From Bryobacterales bacterium (GTDB lineage: Bacteria; Acidobacteriota; Terriglobia; Bryobacterales; UBA6623): a stretch of 64,000 nucleotides of DNA. Every line of letters starts with the position of its first letter. Position 1 is the stretch's first letter. The DNA lies in NCBI GenBank assembly GCA_965248305.1, contig OZ252099.1, positions 3,117,502-3,181,501 of the forward strand. Direction: 5' to 3'. A program made the translations under genes and the position numbers. Below the pieces are notes generated by a model. It searched no databases. It was not told the DNA's origin and was given only the letters and a program-made list of their open reading frames with translations. Of this stretch, positions 29,506 to 39,427 are shown piece after piece.

Positions 29506-31248
29506 CCCAAGGGCTCGCTCGAGTTTGAACTTCTCCTTGAGCATGGCGGGCAGGTCGACATCCGAGCTGTCAGCACGCCCTGTGCGGCCGATCTTGCGGA
29601 GCAAGTCGCGATACTGGCCCTCCAGGGTGTGCCGCTCGAGCGCAGCCACTAGGTCGCTGCCCTCAGCGGCGGTCGGGTCCGGGCGGTCCTTTTCGAATAC
29701 CAGCCGTGCCAGCCTTTCCCGTTCCGGCCCTTCCAACCGTCCCTCGACGGCTTCGTAGCGGAACGGATCCTCGGATTTCTTGACCGCTCGCATGGCCGCT
29801 AGGATATGCCGGCTCGGCAGGCCCTTTTCAGCGATTTCGTGGGCCGTTTCCAAGAACTCGACCCGCGCCGCTTCGTTCGTCATCAAGAGCACGATCAGCA
29901 ATCGCTCGCTTGGGGAAAGGGTGGCGGGCGGCGGTGCTGGCAGCGTGTCGGACCGATCCCCCGAATTGGTCTTGCTGCGCAGCCTGCTCAGCGCCAGACT
30001 TTGCGGCAACCCGATATGCTCGGCCAGGTCCGTGACCGTGGTCGCCCGCTGCACCTCGTCCGGCAGCAAGACCACCGCCTTCAGCAAGCGCTCGAAAGCC
30101 GCAGTCCGGCCGTCGGCGGTATCGAGATCGAAGAGGGTGCGCGAGCGGTCCAGCAGCCAGTGAAAATACCTTGGGGCTTGCTCAAGCTCCTGCTGATATT
30201 TGTCCCCTCCGTGCTCGCGGCAATACTCGTCGGGGTCTAGGCCCCCAGGCAGTTCCAACACGCGGACGTTCATGCCGTCCCGCAACAACAGTTCCACGGA
30301 ACGTTCGGCGGCGGCCTGGCCAGCGGAATCCGAATCGAAGTTCACGACGACGGTGTCGCAATGCCTGCGAATGACTCCGATCTGCTTGGCTGTGAGCGCT
30401 GTCCCACAAGTCGCCACGGCGTTGCGGACTCCAGCCTTCCAGACGCCAATCACATCCATATAGCCTTCAACGAGCACCGCAAGGTTTCGTTGCCGCATGG
30501 CCGTCCGAGCGCGGTGGATGTTGTACAGGACGGTGTTCTTGCGATAAATCGGCGTTTCAGGGGAATTCAGGTATTTGGGCTGCTTTTCGGCCAGTCGGCT
30601 GCGGCCACCATATCCGATCAGCTTGCCGGCATCGGAGTGAATCGGAAACATCAATCGGTCGCGGAAGCGCTCGAACACCGACTCGTCGCGGTCTGACTTG
30701 CCGATCAGGCCTGATTCCAGCACATGGCCGCGCTTGAGGCGCTTCGTCTTCAGGTATCGGAGCAGGGTGTCCCCGCCCGGGGCATATCCAAGGCCGAATT
30801 CCTCGATCTCCGGTGCCTCCAGTCCACGATCGGCGAGGTAGCGCATTGCCTCGGCACCCCGCGGAGATCGCAACTGCTGAACAAAGAAACCCTGCGCGAG
30901 GTCGTGGATGTACAGCAGGGCTTCCCTAGTTCGCGCCGCGGCGTCTGCTCCCGGCCCGCCGTCCCTGCGAGGCATCTCCCTGCCTTGCTGCTCGGCCAAG
31001 ACCTTCAATGCCTCGAAGAAACTCAGCCCTTGGAGCTCCATCAGGAAACTGAAGACGTCCCCGCTCTTGCCGCAGCCGAAACACTTGTAGATCTGCAACC
31101 CTCCGTGAACCGAGAACGAAGGCGTCTTTTCCGAGTGGAAGGGACAAAGCCCGATGTAGCGATCCCCGGACTGCCTCTTCAGGCGAAGGTTTGCGCCGAC
31201 CACGCTGATGATGTCGGCCGCTGCCTTGACTTCCTGCGCGAAGTCCAT
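29482..31248 (-). CDS. dnaG: DNA primase
   Basis: 588 aa. The CHC2 zinc finger is CPFHSEKTPSFSVHGGLQIYKCFGCGKSGDVFSFLME. The TOPRIM region is LVEGYMDV...VNFDSDSAGQAAA. Confidence 0.95.
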   Translation of the reverse strand: MDFAQEVKAAADIISVVGANLRLKRQSGDRYIGLCPFHSEKTPSFSVHGGLQIYKCFGCGKSGDVFSFLMELQGLSFFEALKVLAEQQGREMPRRDGGPGADAAARTREALLYIHDLAQGFFVQQLRSPRGAEAMRYLADRGLEAPEIEEFGLGYAPGGDTLLRYLKTKRLKRGHVLESGLIGKSDRDESVFERFRDRLMFPIHSDAGKLIGYGGRSRLAEKQPKYLNSPETPIYRKNTVLYNIHRARTAMRQRNLAVLVEGYMDVIGVWKAGVRNAVATCGTALTAKQIGVIRRHCDTVVVNFDSDSAGQAAAERSVELLLRDGMNVRVLELPGGLDPDEYCREHGGDKYQQELEQAPRYFHWLLDRSRTLFDLDTADGRTAAFERLLKAVVLLPDEVQRATTVTDLAEHIGLPQSLALSRLRSKTNSGDRSDTLPAPPPATLSPSERLLIVLLMTNEAARVEFLETAHEIAEKGLPSRHILAAMRAVKKSEDPFRYEAVEGRLEGPERERLARLVFEKDRPDPTAAEGSDLVAALERHTLEGQYRDLLRKIGRTGRADSSDVDLPAMLKEKFKLERALGLAGDARV

Positions 31249-31286
31249 CTGGACGCCCTACCGTCGCCCGCTCCCGCGCAAAGCGC

Positions 31287-31949
31287 TTAATCGAGAACCT
31301 TTACGCGAATGTTTTTGTACATGACGATGCTGCCGGGATCGTGGCCTTGAAGCGCGAATGTGCCCGAATCGAGCTTGCGTAAGGGGGCATTCTGGCCACG
31401 CCCACTGGACAGCGGTCGGAGACCGTCCCAGTCGTCAGGCTGGACCCAATTCGTCACCAAGTCTTCGTTTATGTAAATCTTGACGGTGTTCCCTTGGACG
31501 ACAATGTGCTCGGTGAACCATGCGTCGTCATCGGCCGGCCGTACCAAGTTGTCTGCCACGCCGTACAGGCTCCCCGACTTGCGCGGGTCTCGGTTGAACG
31601 TATTGTTGACCTGGACCTCAAACCCTTTCTCCGGCCATCCCGTTTCTTGGTAGTCGGTGTGGAAGTAGATCCCGCCATTGGAGTTATTCTTGGCCAGCAC
31701 GTCAACCTTCAACTCGAAATTGCGGAACTTTGCGCCATTCACTTCGCCAGCGTAGAACAGATGCGCGCGAGGCCCTTGGGCGACGATCGAGCCATCCTTG
31801 ATCTGGAAGGTGCTCTGGTTCTCTGCAGTGAGCTGCCAGCCTTCGAACGTCGAGCCGTCCCAAAGATCGACCCATTCGCGATCGTCCGCGGCTGCCGCGG
31901 TGACTGCCAACGAGAGGGCACATAGGCTGTAGATAATTGCTTTCATCAC
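31287..31949 (-). CDS. DUF1080 (3-keto-disaccharide hydrolase-like) domain protein, secreted
   Basis: 220 aa with a signal peptide, then WVDLWDGSTFEGWQL..., FELKVDVLAKNNSNGGIYFH, GFEVQVNN and IVMYKNIRVK. Confidence 0.85.
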   Translation of the reverse strand: MMKAIIYSLCALSLAVTAAAADDREWVDLWDGSTFEGWQLTAENQSTFQIKDGSIVAQGPRAHLFYAGEVNGAKFRNFELKVDVLAKNNSNGGIYFHTDYQETGWPEKGFEVQVNNTFNRDPRKSGSLYGVADNLVRPADDDAWFTEHIVVQGNTVKIYINEDLVTNWVQPDDWDGLRPLSSGRGQNAPLRKLDSGTFALQGHDPGSIVMYKNIRVKVLD

Positions 31950-32054
31950 GTCGCCATTGTACAGGATTGGTCACGAGCTGAGTCCGGCTCATCGGTCGTC
32001 AGCAGGCCATCGCCTACGCAGTTTCAGCCGCTGTTCACAGAAACGTGGAACGTT

Positions 32055-34976
32055 TCACGCGACGCTTTCAAAGGCCTCCCGGAAGATAGCCCGCACAGAG
32101 GTACGAATCGAGCTCACGACCTCGGTTAGCGGACGCCCTACGAGCGATTCCGGGAGCCACCGCGAGACCAATTCCGCGAGAAGCTCGCGCTGCCATTCGG
32201 TCGGCGGCAGGTCATGGGCGGAGCTTCCCGCAGAAACTCGCACGCCATGGTCGAGCGAGCGGAGCACCGTGGTCGCCTCGAGCAGGACATCGAGCTGCGG
32301 TCCGAAGGCCGGGTCGGTTTCTCGGATGATCTCGATCCGCTGCGGAGTGTTCAACGACTCATAGAAGGATTCGGCTCGGCGGAGCCGACGATACAGCAGC
32401 ACGAAGTCGATGTCGTAATACCCGCCAGCGCCCGACTTGAGAGGCTTGGCCGTGCCTTGCTCCGATTCGAGGCGCTTCCGCATCTGGGCCAGCAGCGCCG
32501 CGATTTCCTCTTGCCGAGAGAAATGCTGCCAAAGCACCGCCTGCAGTCTTGCGAGGAATTCCCGGCCTGCCTCGGCATTGCCCGCGACATGACGGGCCTT
32601 CATATAGGTGATGGCCTCCCAGGATTCGGCTCGGCTAGAAAAATATGTCAAGAACTGGCCTTCTGTTTGCACTAGCGGGCCGTCGCGGCCTAGCGGTCGC
32701 AAGCGTGCATCGATAGTGAAGATCTGGCCGTCCGCTGTATAGCTGCTGATGATGTCGATGATCCGATTGGCAACCTGCGTCCACAACTCTGCCCTTGGCG
32801 CCTCGCCGTCGGGAATCACAAACGCCACGTCTGCATCCGAACCGAAATCGAATTCGCGCATGCCGAGGCGACCCAGCGCAATGACCCGCACTACATCCGC
32901 AGGTTCAATGGGCTGATTCGACTGCTCCGCGGCTTCGCGAACCGCCAAGGTGTGGGCTGCGTGCAGGATGCCTTCGGCCAGATCGCTGGAGTCTGAAAGC
33001 GTTGAAAAGACATTGTCGCCATCGCAGATGCTGCGGGTCTGAATGGACAGCATCCGACGTCGAAAGAACCGTCGCAACGCGGCCGCCGTCTCGTCGGGAT
33101 CTTGGTCGGTCGCCAAGATCCGATCAAGGCCATCGCGCTGCAGCTGAGGCGCTGCCTTCCAGTCCTCAGCAATAACAGCGAGATCTTCCGGAAACCGCAA
33201 CAGGTACGCGCCGAAGTGGTTGCTGTACTCCATCAACTCGGCGATCCGCGGGACCAATCCCAGATGGTTCGCGAGCACCTCCAAGGCAGCGGGGGTTTGG
33301 AGAATCCGCTCGAGGAACTGCTCCAGCATGCGGTTCCCCCAGCGCAGGCTGATACCGTCAAAGCTCGCGGCCAGCGGCGCTGAATGCTGCTGCAGCCGTG
33401 GCAGGTGAACCCGCCAAATCGACGACGCCACAGGAGACGCGCCCTCCTGCCTGCCCTGTAGCCGCGGCTTGGCCGATTCCGGAGCCTTGATCATGGCCCG
33501 AGCTGCCGTGGCTTGCTGCCCGCGAATCACGCGGTCATAGATCTCCCTGACCGCGCGGCAATACTCCTCGATCTCAGCCCGCAAGGCCGCAGGCGCCTCT
33601 GCGCTGCGCCCCATGCCCATCTGGATCGCGACCCGGCACGCGGCTTCGTCGTTGGTCGGCAATTGATGGGTCTGCTGATTGTTCGCCAGCTGCAACCGAT
33701 GCTCGACAGTGCGCAGGAACCGATAGGCTGTGAACAGCTTGGCGTAATCGCGCGCCTCGAGATAGCCCTTCTCCCGCAGTCGATGCAAGGCATACATCGT
33801 GCCGCCGCTGCGCAAGAACCTGTCTTGCCCACCGTATAGCCGCTGCAAACACTGGACGAGAAACTCGACGTCGCGGATGCCGCCCGGATCCACCTTGACG
33901 TCCAGCGCCAGTGCGTCTCGCGACCTGCGCTCCTTCTGAATCCGATCCCGAGTCTCCGCCAGCGTTTCGATCTGGGAGAAGTCCGTCGTCGTTTGGTAGA
34001 TCCTAGGCGTGACCACCTCTAGGAACTTACGGCCCAATTGCCGGTCTCCGGCAACAGGGCGCGCCTTGAGCAACATTTGCAGCTCCCAGTCGCGTGCGCG
34101 GTGATAGTAATACTGGGCGGCGGCGGAAATCGGGATGACGAGTTCGCCCGCGTTGCCTTCGGGGCGTAGCCGCAGGTCAATCCTGTAGCTAAAGCCCTCC
34201 TGCGTCACCATCGACAGCAGGGCCGTTAGCCGCTTCGCCAGCGTCTGCGTGAAATCCCTGTTCGACATGACCACGGGCCCCTGCGTCCTGCCGTCGCCGG
34301 TGTGGATATAGATCAGGTCAATGTCCGAGCTGTAGTTGAGTTCAGCGCCGCCTAGCTTGCCCAGCGCGACTACCGCGAAGCTGCAAATGATGTCGGCGGA
34401 CCCGGTGTTGCAAATCGGTCGCCCAAAACGATGGACGAGCTGCTGGCGAATGTGATCGTGGGCTCCCTGGATCAGGACATCAGCCAAGGTGGAGAGTTCC
34501 AATGCAGTCTCGGCGAGAGGGGCGAATCCGAGCAGGTCGCGCATGGCGATCCGTAGCATCTGCTTGCGCTTGAAGCGAGCGAGTTGCAATGCCACCACAG
34601 CATCAGTCGCATCGGCGTAGAACGACCCGATCTCTGAGCGAAGCTCGCCCGCGGGCGCAGTTGTTTCGAGATTCGAAGGATCCAGTGCCCAGCGCAGCAT
34701 CTCCGGGCGTTGCAGCAACATGTTCGAGAGGTAACGGCTGTTGCCGAAGACTGTTAGGGCGGCATAGACCGCCTTGCCGTCGAAATCATCGGGGCGCGCA
34801 TCCTGCGGAGCCTGGACACAATACTGCAACAGGCGCTGCAGTGCCCCAACAGGGTCCGGAAGAGCATCTAGGAATCGAGGGATCCTAGCGATACCACGCT
34901 CGGGGAGATGCCCCCTCAGTTGCCCGAGCAGTTGCTCGACGCGCCCGTCATTGCTCGAAGTCGCGACCACCGACAT
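32055..34976 (-). CDS. glnE: Bifunctional glutamine synthetase adenylyltransferase/adenylyl-removing enzyme
   Basis: The track ORF 32055-35975 is over-extended. The ATG at 34976 (MSVVATSSNDG) gives 973 aa. Two nucleotidyltransferase modules are present (LGKLGGAELNYSSDIDLIYIH and LGRLGMREFDFGSDADVAFV). Confidence 0.9.
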   Translation of the reverse strand: MSVVATSSNDGRVEQLLGQLRGHLPERGIARIPRFLDALPDPVGALQRLLQYCVQAPQDARPDDFDGKAVYAALTVFGNSRYLSNMLLQRPEMLRWALDPSNLETTAPAGELRSEIGSFYADATDAVVALQLARFKRKQMLRIAMRDLLGFAPLAETALELSTLADVLIQGAHDHIRQQLVHRFGRPICNTGSADIICSFAVVALGKLGGAELNYSSDIDLIYIHTGDGRTQGPVVMSNRDFTQTLAKRLTALLSMVTQEGFSYRIDLRLRPEGNAGELVIPISAAAQYYYHRARDWELQMLLKARPVAGDRQLGRKFLEVVTPRIYQTTTDFSQIETLAETRDRIQKERRSRDALALDVKVDPGGIRDVEFLVQCLQRLYGGQDRFLRSGGTMYALHRLREKGYLEARDYAKLFTAYRFLRTVEHRLQLANNQQTHQLPTNDEAACRVAIQMGMGRSAEAPAALRAEIEEYCRAVREIYDRVIRGQQATAARAMIKAPESAKPRLQGRQEGASPVASSIWRVHLPRLQQHSAPLAASFDGISLRWGNRMLEQFLERILQTPAALEVLANHLGLVPRIAELMEYSNHFGAYLLRFPEDLAVIAEDWKAAPQLQRDGLDRILATDQDPDETAAALRRFFRRRMLSIQTRSICDGDNVFSTLSDSSDLAEGILHAAHTLAVREAAEQSNQPIEPADVVRVIALGRLGMREFDFGSDADVAFVIPDGEAPRAELWTQVANRIIDIISSYTADGQIFTIDARLRPLGRDGPLVQTEGQFLTYFSSRAESWEAITYMKARHVAGNAEAGREFLARLQAVLWQHFSRQEEIAALLAQMRKRLESEQGTAKPLKSGAGGYYDIDFVLLYRRLRRAESFYESLNTPQRIEIIRETDPAFGPQLDVLLEATTVLRSLDHGVRVSAGSSAHDLPPTEWQRELLAELVSRWLPESLVGRPLTEVVSSIRTSVRAIFREAFESVA

Positions 34977-35063
34977 CAGGAGTCTTCCGCAGAATAACCC
35001 AATGCAGCCGGGCGGCTTGCGGCATGAAACAATACCGAGTGGAGCACGGGGGGCTAACAGTTC

Positions 35064-35864
35064 ATGATCACTCGAAGGACGCTGCTGGCGGGCGGGGCCG
35101 TCGCGGCCAGCTTGATTGCGGAGACCCGCCAGGAGAAGGGTGAGCGGCTCGTTCGAGACGCCTTCGATGCCATCGGCGGCCAGAAGTTCCTCGACGTCCA
35201 AACTCAGGTCCGGGCGGGTAGAGCGTACTCGTTCTACAACCGGCAGATTCGCGGCCAGGCACGGATCACGATTTACGACCGGTTCGACGAGATGCGGCCG
35301 GACGCCGGCGACGACTGGCTGCCGCTCAAGCGCCGCGAGGTATACACCGAAAAGGGCGACTACTATGCACTGTTCCTCAACGGCACGGGATACGAGGTCA
35401 CGTACCGCGGAACCGTGCCGCAGCCCGAGGACTACATGGAGCGCTACCGGCAGGCGAGTCGTCGCGACATCTTCTACTTCTTGCGTTACCGGCGCAACGA
35501 GCCCGGGCTGTACTACTACTACAAGGGGGCGGAGATCATCGACAACGTGCCGTGCGAAGCGGTCGATATCGTCGACGCAGAGGGCGAGGCCATCACGCTC
35601 TCTCTGCGGCAGGCCGACGGATTGCCCATGCAGCAGGAATACCTGCGCCGCGATCCCAAGACGCGCATCCCCTATGAGGAAAAATCGGTCTACTCCCGCT
35701 ACCGGCCGATTGGTGACGCGTTGTTGCCGTGGGTCATTCGCCGCGAGCGCGATGGAGACCGGGTCTTTGAGCTGTACGCGAGCAGCTACGAAGTCAACCG
35801 CCCGCTGAACGCCAGCGTTTTCACCATTCCGAACGATCTGCCGATGCTGCCCCCAAACCCGTAA
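35064..35864 (+). CDS. Hypothetical secreted protein (Tat/Sec-like signal MITRRTLLAGGAVAASL)
   Basis: 266-aa ORF with protein-like composition and a signal sequence. It lies opposite the spurious 5' extension of the glnE ORF. No family recognised. Confidence 0.6.
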   Translation: MITRRTLLAGGAVAASLIAETRQEKGERLVRDAFDAIGGQKFLDVQTQVRAGRAYSFYNRQIRGQARITIYDRFDEMRPDAGDDWLPLKRREVYTEKGDYYALFLNGTGYEVTYRGTVPQPEDYMERYRQASRRDIFYFLRYRRNEPGLYYYYKGAEIIDNVPCEAVDIVDAEGEAITLSLRQADGLPMQQEYLRRDPKTRIPYEEKSVYSRYRPIGDALLPWVIRRERDGDRVFELYASSYEVNRPLNASVFTIPNDLPMLPPNP

Positions 35865-36233
35865 AGGGGCTGGCGTGTAGTTGTGCGGGACCACTAGTGC
35901 CCCGTCATGGCATGATCTTCGGGTAGGCGATTGGAGCTTGCAGCGGACGTAGCCGATCCTCGGATGCCGGACCACCCAGCGTCGGGATGCGCAGGCGTCA
36001 CTGGACCAGGCGAGGCTTGTCTCCCAACGCTGCTAGGTCACACCACTTGCTGCCGCGCTCGCAATCGCGAGATACGAAAGAGGCCGTCCGACGGCCCCGC
36101 AACAGCCACGCTGGACACGGGCCGCCAGCTTCGCCACATAGCCTCGACGAGGCCGCAACGGCCCCGCAGACGAGCCCCCGGCGTCGGGATGGTGCTATGT
36201 TGCGGAGCAGGGCGCAGCGCGCCCGGAAGCGCC

Positions 36234-37391
36234 ATGCCCGGACCCGATCACGACAGCATCTACCGCCTGGTGTTCGGGCACCCGCGGGTGGTCGAGGACC
36301 TGCTGCGGGGATTCGCCTCCAACGAGGTCGGGAACCTGCTGGACATGGCCAGCCTGAAGCAGGTCGCGGCCCGCCATGTGAGCGACGGCTTGAGCCAGAG
36401 CGAGAACGACATGATCTGGGAGGTGCGGACCCAGACGGGCCGCCTGCTGTACGTTTACGTCATGCTGGAGTTCCAGTCGAGCCCCGACTGGACGATGCCG
36501 CTGCGGATGCTCAACTATGTCGGGCAGTTCTACCGGGGCTTGCTGCCGCAGCAGGAGACCCGCAGGCTGCGGCGCCTGCCGCAGCTGCTGCCGATCGTAA
36601 TCTACACCGGCAAGCCGGCCTGGTCGGCACCGGAGGAAGTGCACGAGTTGCTTGACCAGACGGTGCCGGGGCTGGTCCCGTTCGGCATCCACATGCGCTA
36701 CCTGCTGGTGGACGCGTGGCGCAGTCCCGGTATGGAACGAGCGTTCCGCAACGTCGCCGACTCGGTGTTCCGGCTGCAGCGGGCGCAGTCGCTGGCGGAC
36801 GGTAGGCTCGAGGTCGATCTGCTGGGGGAATGGCTGGCAGGAGAGGATTGGGCGGACTTGCGCCGGGTGTTGAATACATGGATAATCAAGGTGCTGCTGC
36901 CGGCGGGGTGGCAGTCGGAACGGACTCTCCCCGCGGGCGCGGGCCTACGAGAATTGAGCGAGGCGCTGGAGGGTGAAATGAGGACGTGGGAGGACAACTT
37001 TCGAGAGGCGGCGGAGGCCGAAGGACTGGCCAAAGGACTGGCCAAGGGACGGACTGAGGGACGGAGCGAGGGACGCACAGAGGGACGGAGCGAGGGACGC
37101 ACAGAGGGACGGAGCGAGGGACGCACAGAGGGACGGAGCGAGGGACGCACAGAGGGACGGAGCGAGGGACGCACAGAGGGACGGAGCGAGGGACGCACAG
37201 AGGGACGGACCGAGGGACGCACAGAAATCCTAGTCAACATGGCACGGCACAAATTCGGCGAAGCGTCCGCTGCCGCGATGGCAACGGTGCTGGGCACGGT
37301 CCAGTCGGAGGAATCTCTGGACGAGGTGTGCGTGCTGCTACTGACTTGCGGCAGCGGCGAGGCATTGCTTGCCAGAATCCGGGAACTCTAG
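36234..37391 (+). CDS. Rpn/YhgA-like PD-(D/E)XK recombination-promoting nuclease (transposase_31 family) with an internal tandem-repeat linker
   Basis: From ATG 36234: MPGPDHDSIYRLVFGHPRVVEDLLRGF...ENDMIWEV...LYVYVMLEFQSSPDWTMPLRMLNYVGQFY...LPIVIYTG. This is the Rpn family pattern, including the D...E-x-Q core. The track ORF starts at 35931. Confidence 0.8.
   Translation: MPGPDHDSIYRLVFGHPRVVEDLLRGFASNEVGNLLDMASLKQVAARHVSDGLSQSENDMIWEVRTQTGRLLYVYVMLEFQSSPDWTMPLRMLNYVGQFYRGLLPQQETRRLRRLPQLLPIVIYTGKPAWSAPEEVHELLDQTVPGLVPFGIHMRYLLVDAWRSPGMERAFRNVADSVFRLQRAQSLADGRLEVDLLGEWLAGEDWADLRRVLNTWIIKVLLPAGWQSERTLPAGAGLRELSEALEGEMRTWEDNFREAAEAEGLAKGLAKGRTEGRSEGRTEGRSEGRTEGRSEGRTEGRSEGRTEGRSEGRTEGRSEGRTEGRTEGRTEILVNMARHKFGEASAAAMATVLGTVQSEESLDEVCVLLLTCGSGEALLARIREL
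37047..37223 (+). repeat. In-frame tandem repeat inside the Rpn-like gene
   Basis: Six identical 24-bp units GAGGGACGGAGCGAGGGACGCACA occupy 37056-37199. A seventh unit has one substitution (AGC>ACC at 37209-37211), and a partial leading unit precedes them. The array encodes (EGRSEGRT)n. It is preceded by a 2x12-bp GLAK duplication (37023-37046). Confidence 0.95.
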
Positions 37392-37812
37392 CGAGGCCTT
37401 CCGATCAGCGCCCCGGAGCGAGGCTGGTCGCTCCGCGGCATAGGATTCCGCGCCGACGCGGATGGTGATGACAATGGACCGCCAGGCCGTGTTCGCGGCG
37501 CGGCGAATCCGGCCAGAGATCAACGAGAACAGGCCGGGTGCCATGACTCCAACGGCGGAGCGGTAGGTGCATTGGCGACCTGAAACCTTGCGATGCGAAA
37601 TCGCCGTTCGGCCAACTGGCGTCGGCAGGTACCAGCACGGTATGGACTGGCGCATTCGGCGGATTTGCAGATTGACGCCGCGCGAGTTGATATACCCGAA
37701 AATCACCTTAACGATCCACTAGTGCTAGCGAGGCTCTGCCTCAGACCGACGAGGGCAACGCGCCGACACCGAATCTTGACTCAATCGTGAACCACACGCC
37801 GAAACAGGGAGT

Positions 37813-38412
37813 CTAGCGGTTCAGCCAGCGCGTAGACAATTGATGGACGCCGACGAAAAGCGCGGCAAACAAGGCACACCCGACGATCGCCAAGTGCAGA
37901 TGGTCTGCGGCGAGTTCCAAGGCCCTGTCGCCGTAGCGCATCGCAAGGAACACAACCCCGAAATAGCGGACGATTCTCGAGACCGCCACGGCTAGGCAGA
38001 ACGACGCTAGCGGCATCTGGAAGATCCCGGCGGCCAAGACCATCGGCTTCATCGGCATCGGCATGGGAATCATCGTGACTGGGATCAAGGCGGCGGCTCC
38101 CCATTTCCCGACCAATTCGCTGAGCCTGTGAATGCCGGCAGCCGACAGCCGGCGCTCCAGCATCGCCTTGCCCGCCCTGCGTGCGAGAAAGTACAGCACC
38201 ACGCTGCCGATTAAGGACCCCAGCACACCCAGTCCGGCGGCCAGATGAGCGATCTCAGGGGTGGCTATCGCCTGAGCTAGCAGCAGGGCATCCACACCTT
38301 GGGGCATGGGCACGAACGCACTATCCGCTAGTGCAATGAAGAAGACCCCCCAAGGTCCTAAGAAGGCAGCCGCCCCCGCCACCCACACTCCTAACTGACG
38401 TACAAATGACAA
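37813..38412 (-). CDS. DedA/YqaA-type (VTT domain) inner-membrane protein
   Basis: 199 aa and multi-TM, with FFIALADSAFVPMPQGVDALLL typical of YqaA/DedA proteins. Confidence 0.65.
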   Translation of the reverse strand: MSFVRQLGVWVAGAAAFLGPWGVFFIALADSAFVPMPQGVDALLLAQAIATPEIAHLAAGLGVLGSLIGSVVLYFLARRAGKAMLERRLSAAGIHRLSELVGKWGAAALIPVTMIPMPMPMKPMVLAAGIFQMPLASFCLAVAVSRIVRYFGVVFLAMRYGDRALELAADHLHLAIVGCALFAALFVGVHQLSTRWLNR

Positions 38413-38440
38413 GAGGTCGAATCTTCATTGTGCCGTATAG

Positions 38441-39295
38441 TTGGGCTACGGCATGTCAGGCGCCAAGGACTTCCCGATTCACGCGCCGGTCCAGTTCAAG
38501 GGTCCCAATGGCATCGAAGAAGGCCACATCGCCCGCAAGACCACCCGGCATGCCTTGGTCGTAGCGCACAGCGGGCAAGAGTTTCGGGTTCTGTGGCAGT
38601 TGCTAAGCAAACATAAGCGCGGTACCCGAAAACGTGTCAGCCTGCGCATCGACGAGGAAATGGCAGGGTTTCGGCCCGGACTCGAGGTGTCATTCCCCCA
38701 CCGGTCCGCTACGCTCTGCGGCGTCATCGCGAACACCGGGCCGAGGTATGCGAATGTCGTTTGCAACGACGGGACTTTCCGGGTCCCCTACAGGCTGCTC
38801 ACAGCGGTCGGATCGGCCTTGGAGGATGGTGACTCGGAGCGGCTAGCTGCCTGCGCGGCGCTAGCGGAACAACTCATCGCCGAGCATTCCCTGAGCGGCT
38901 GGAGCTTCCAGTTCGACAACGCTTCACGGCGCGCAGGTTGCTGTTCCTTCGGCACGCAGGTGATCAGCCTCGCTAGGCTGTACTGCCTGCAAGCCACACA
39001 CGCGGAGACCCGCAACACGATTCTGCACGAGATCGCCCACGCGATCGTTGGCCCCAAGCACAATCACGACGCAACGTGGAAGAGCGCAGCCCGGGCTATC
39101 GGATGCTCGGGAGATCGCTGCCATGACATTGAGTTCGCCCCACCCAAGTACATCGCATCGTGCCCACGATGCGGCTGGGCCAAAAAGCGGAACCGAAGGC
39201 TAAGGGGCGCCATCTGCACGCGATGCGCCCAGCCCGTCGTGTATTGCACCTACTCTCTCCAAGCCTGGGAAGAGTCCGCCGGCGAACGGGCCTAG
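38441..39295 (+). CDS. SprT-like zinc metalloprotease domain protein
   Basis: 284 aa. The C-terminal half has RNTILHEIAHAIVGPKHNHDATW (HExxH) and a CPRCGW...CTRC zinc ribbon. The N-terminus has two similar ~45-aa repeats (FRVLWQLL / FRVPYRLL). Confidence 0.75.
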   Translation: MGYGMSGAKDFPIHAPVQFKGPNGIEEGHIARKTTRHALVVAHSGQEFRVLWQLLSKHKRGTRKRVSLRIDEEMAGFRPGLEVSFPHRSATLCGVIANTGPRYANVVCNDGTFRVPYRLLTAVGSALEDGDSERLAACAALAEQLIAEHSLSGWSFQFDNASRRAGCCSFGTQVISLARLYCLQATHAETRNTILHEIAHAIVGPKHNHDATWKSAARAIGCSGDRCHDIEFAPPKYIASCPRCGWAKKRNRRLRGAICTRCAQPVVYCTYSLQAWEESAGERA

Positions 39296-39427
39296 CCAAT
39301 GCTGCCCAGAGCGGTCTTCAGCGCCCACGAGTTGCCTGGCCGGGGTCGACCACAAGACGCCGACGCCTCAAGCAGACCCTAGGCAGGCCGACGGCTAGAA
39401 GAAAGGTCAACATTTATACCTACCTGA

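Noticed and set aside
34977-35975. 5' extension of the glnE ORF (the track gives 1306 aa).
   Set aside because: GlnE-like sequence begins at Met 34976. The extension has low-complexity composition and overlaps, in antisense, a protein-like ORF with a signal peptide (35064-35864).
37047-37223. Tandem repeat array considered as a possible CRISPR.
   Set aside because: The units are contiguous with no spacers. They are in frame inside a CDS and encode a peptide repeat.
37392-37812. Minus-strand ORF 37338-37706, whose translation (..APGLFSLISGRIRRAANTAWRSIV..) faintly recalls the C-terminus of FtsX/MacB-type permeases.
   Set aside because: There are no transmembrane body or clear motifs, and it overlaps the end of the Rpn-like gene. 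It is treated as non-coding or an unresolvable remnant.
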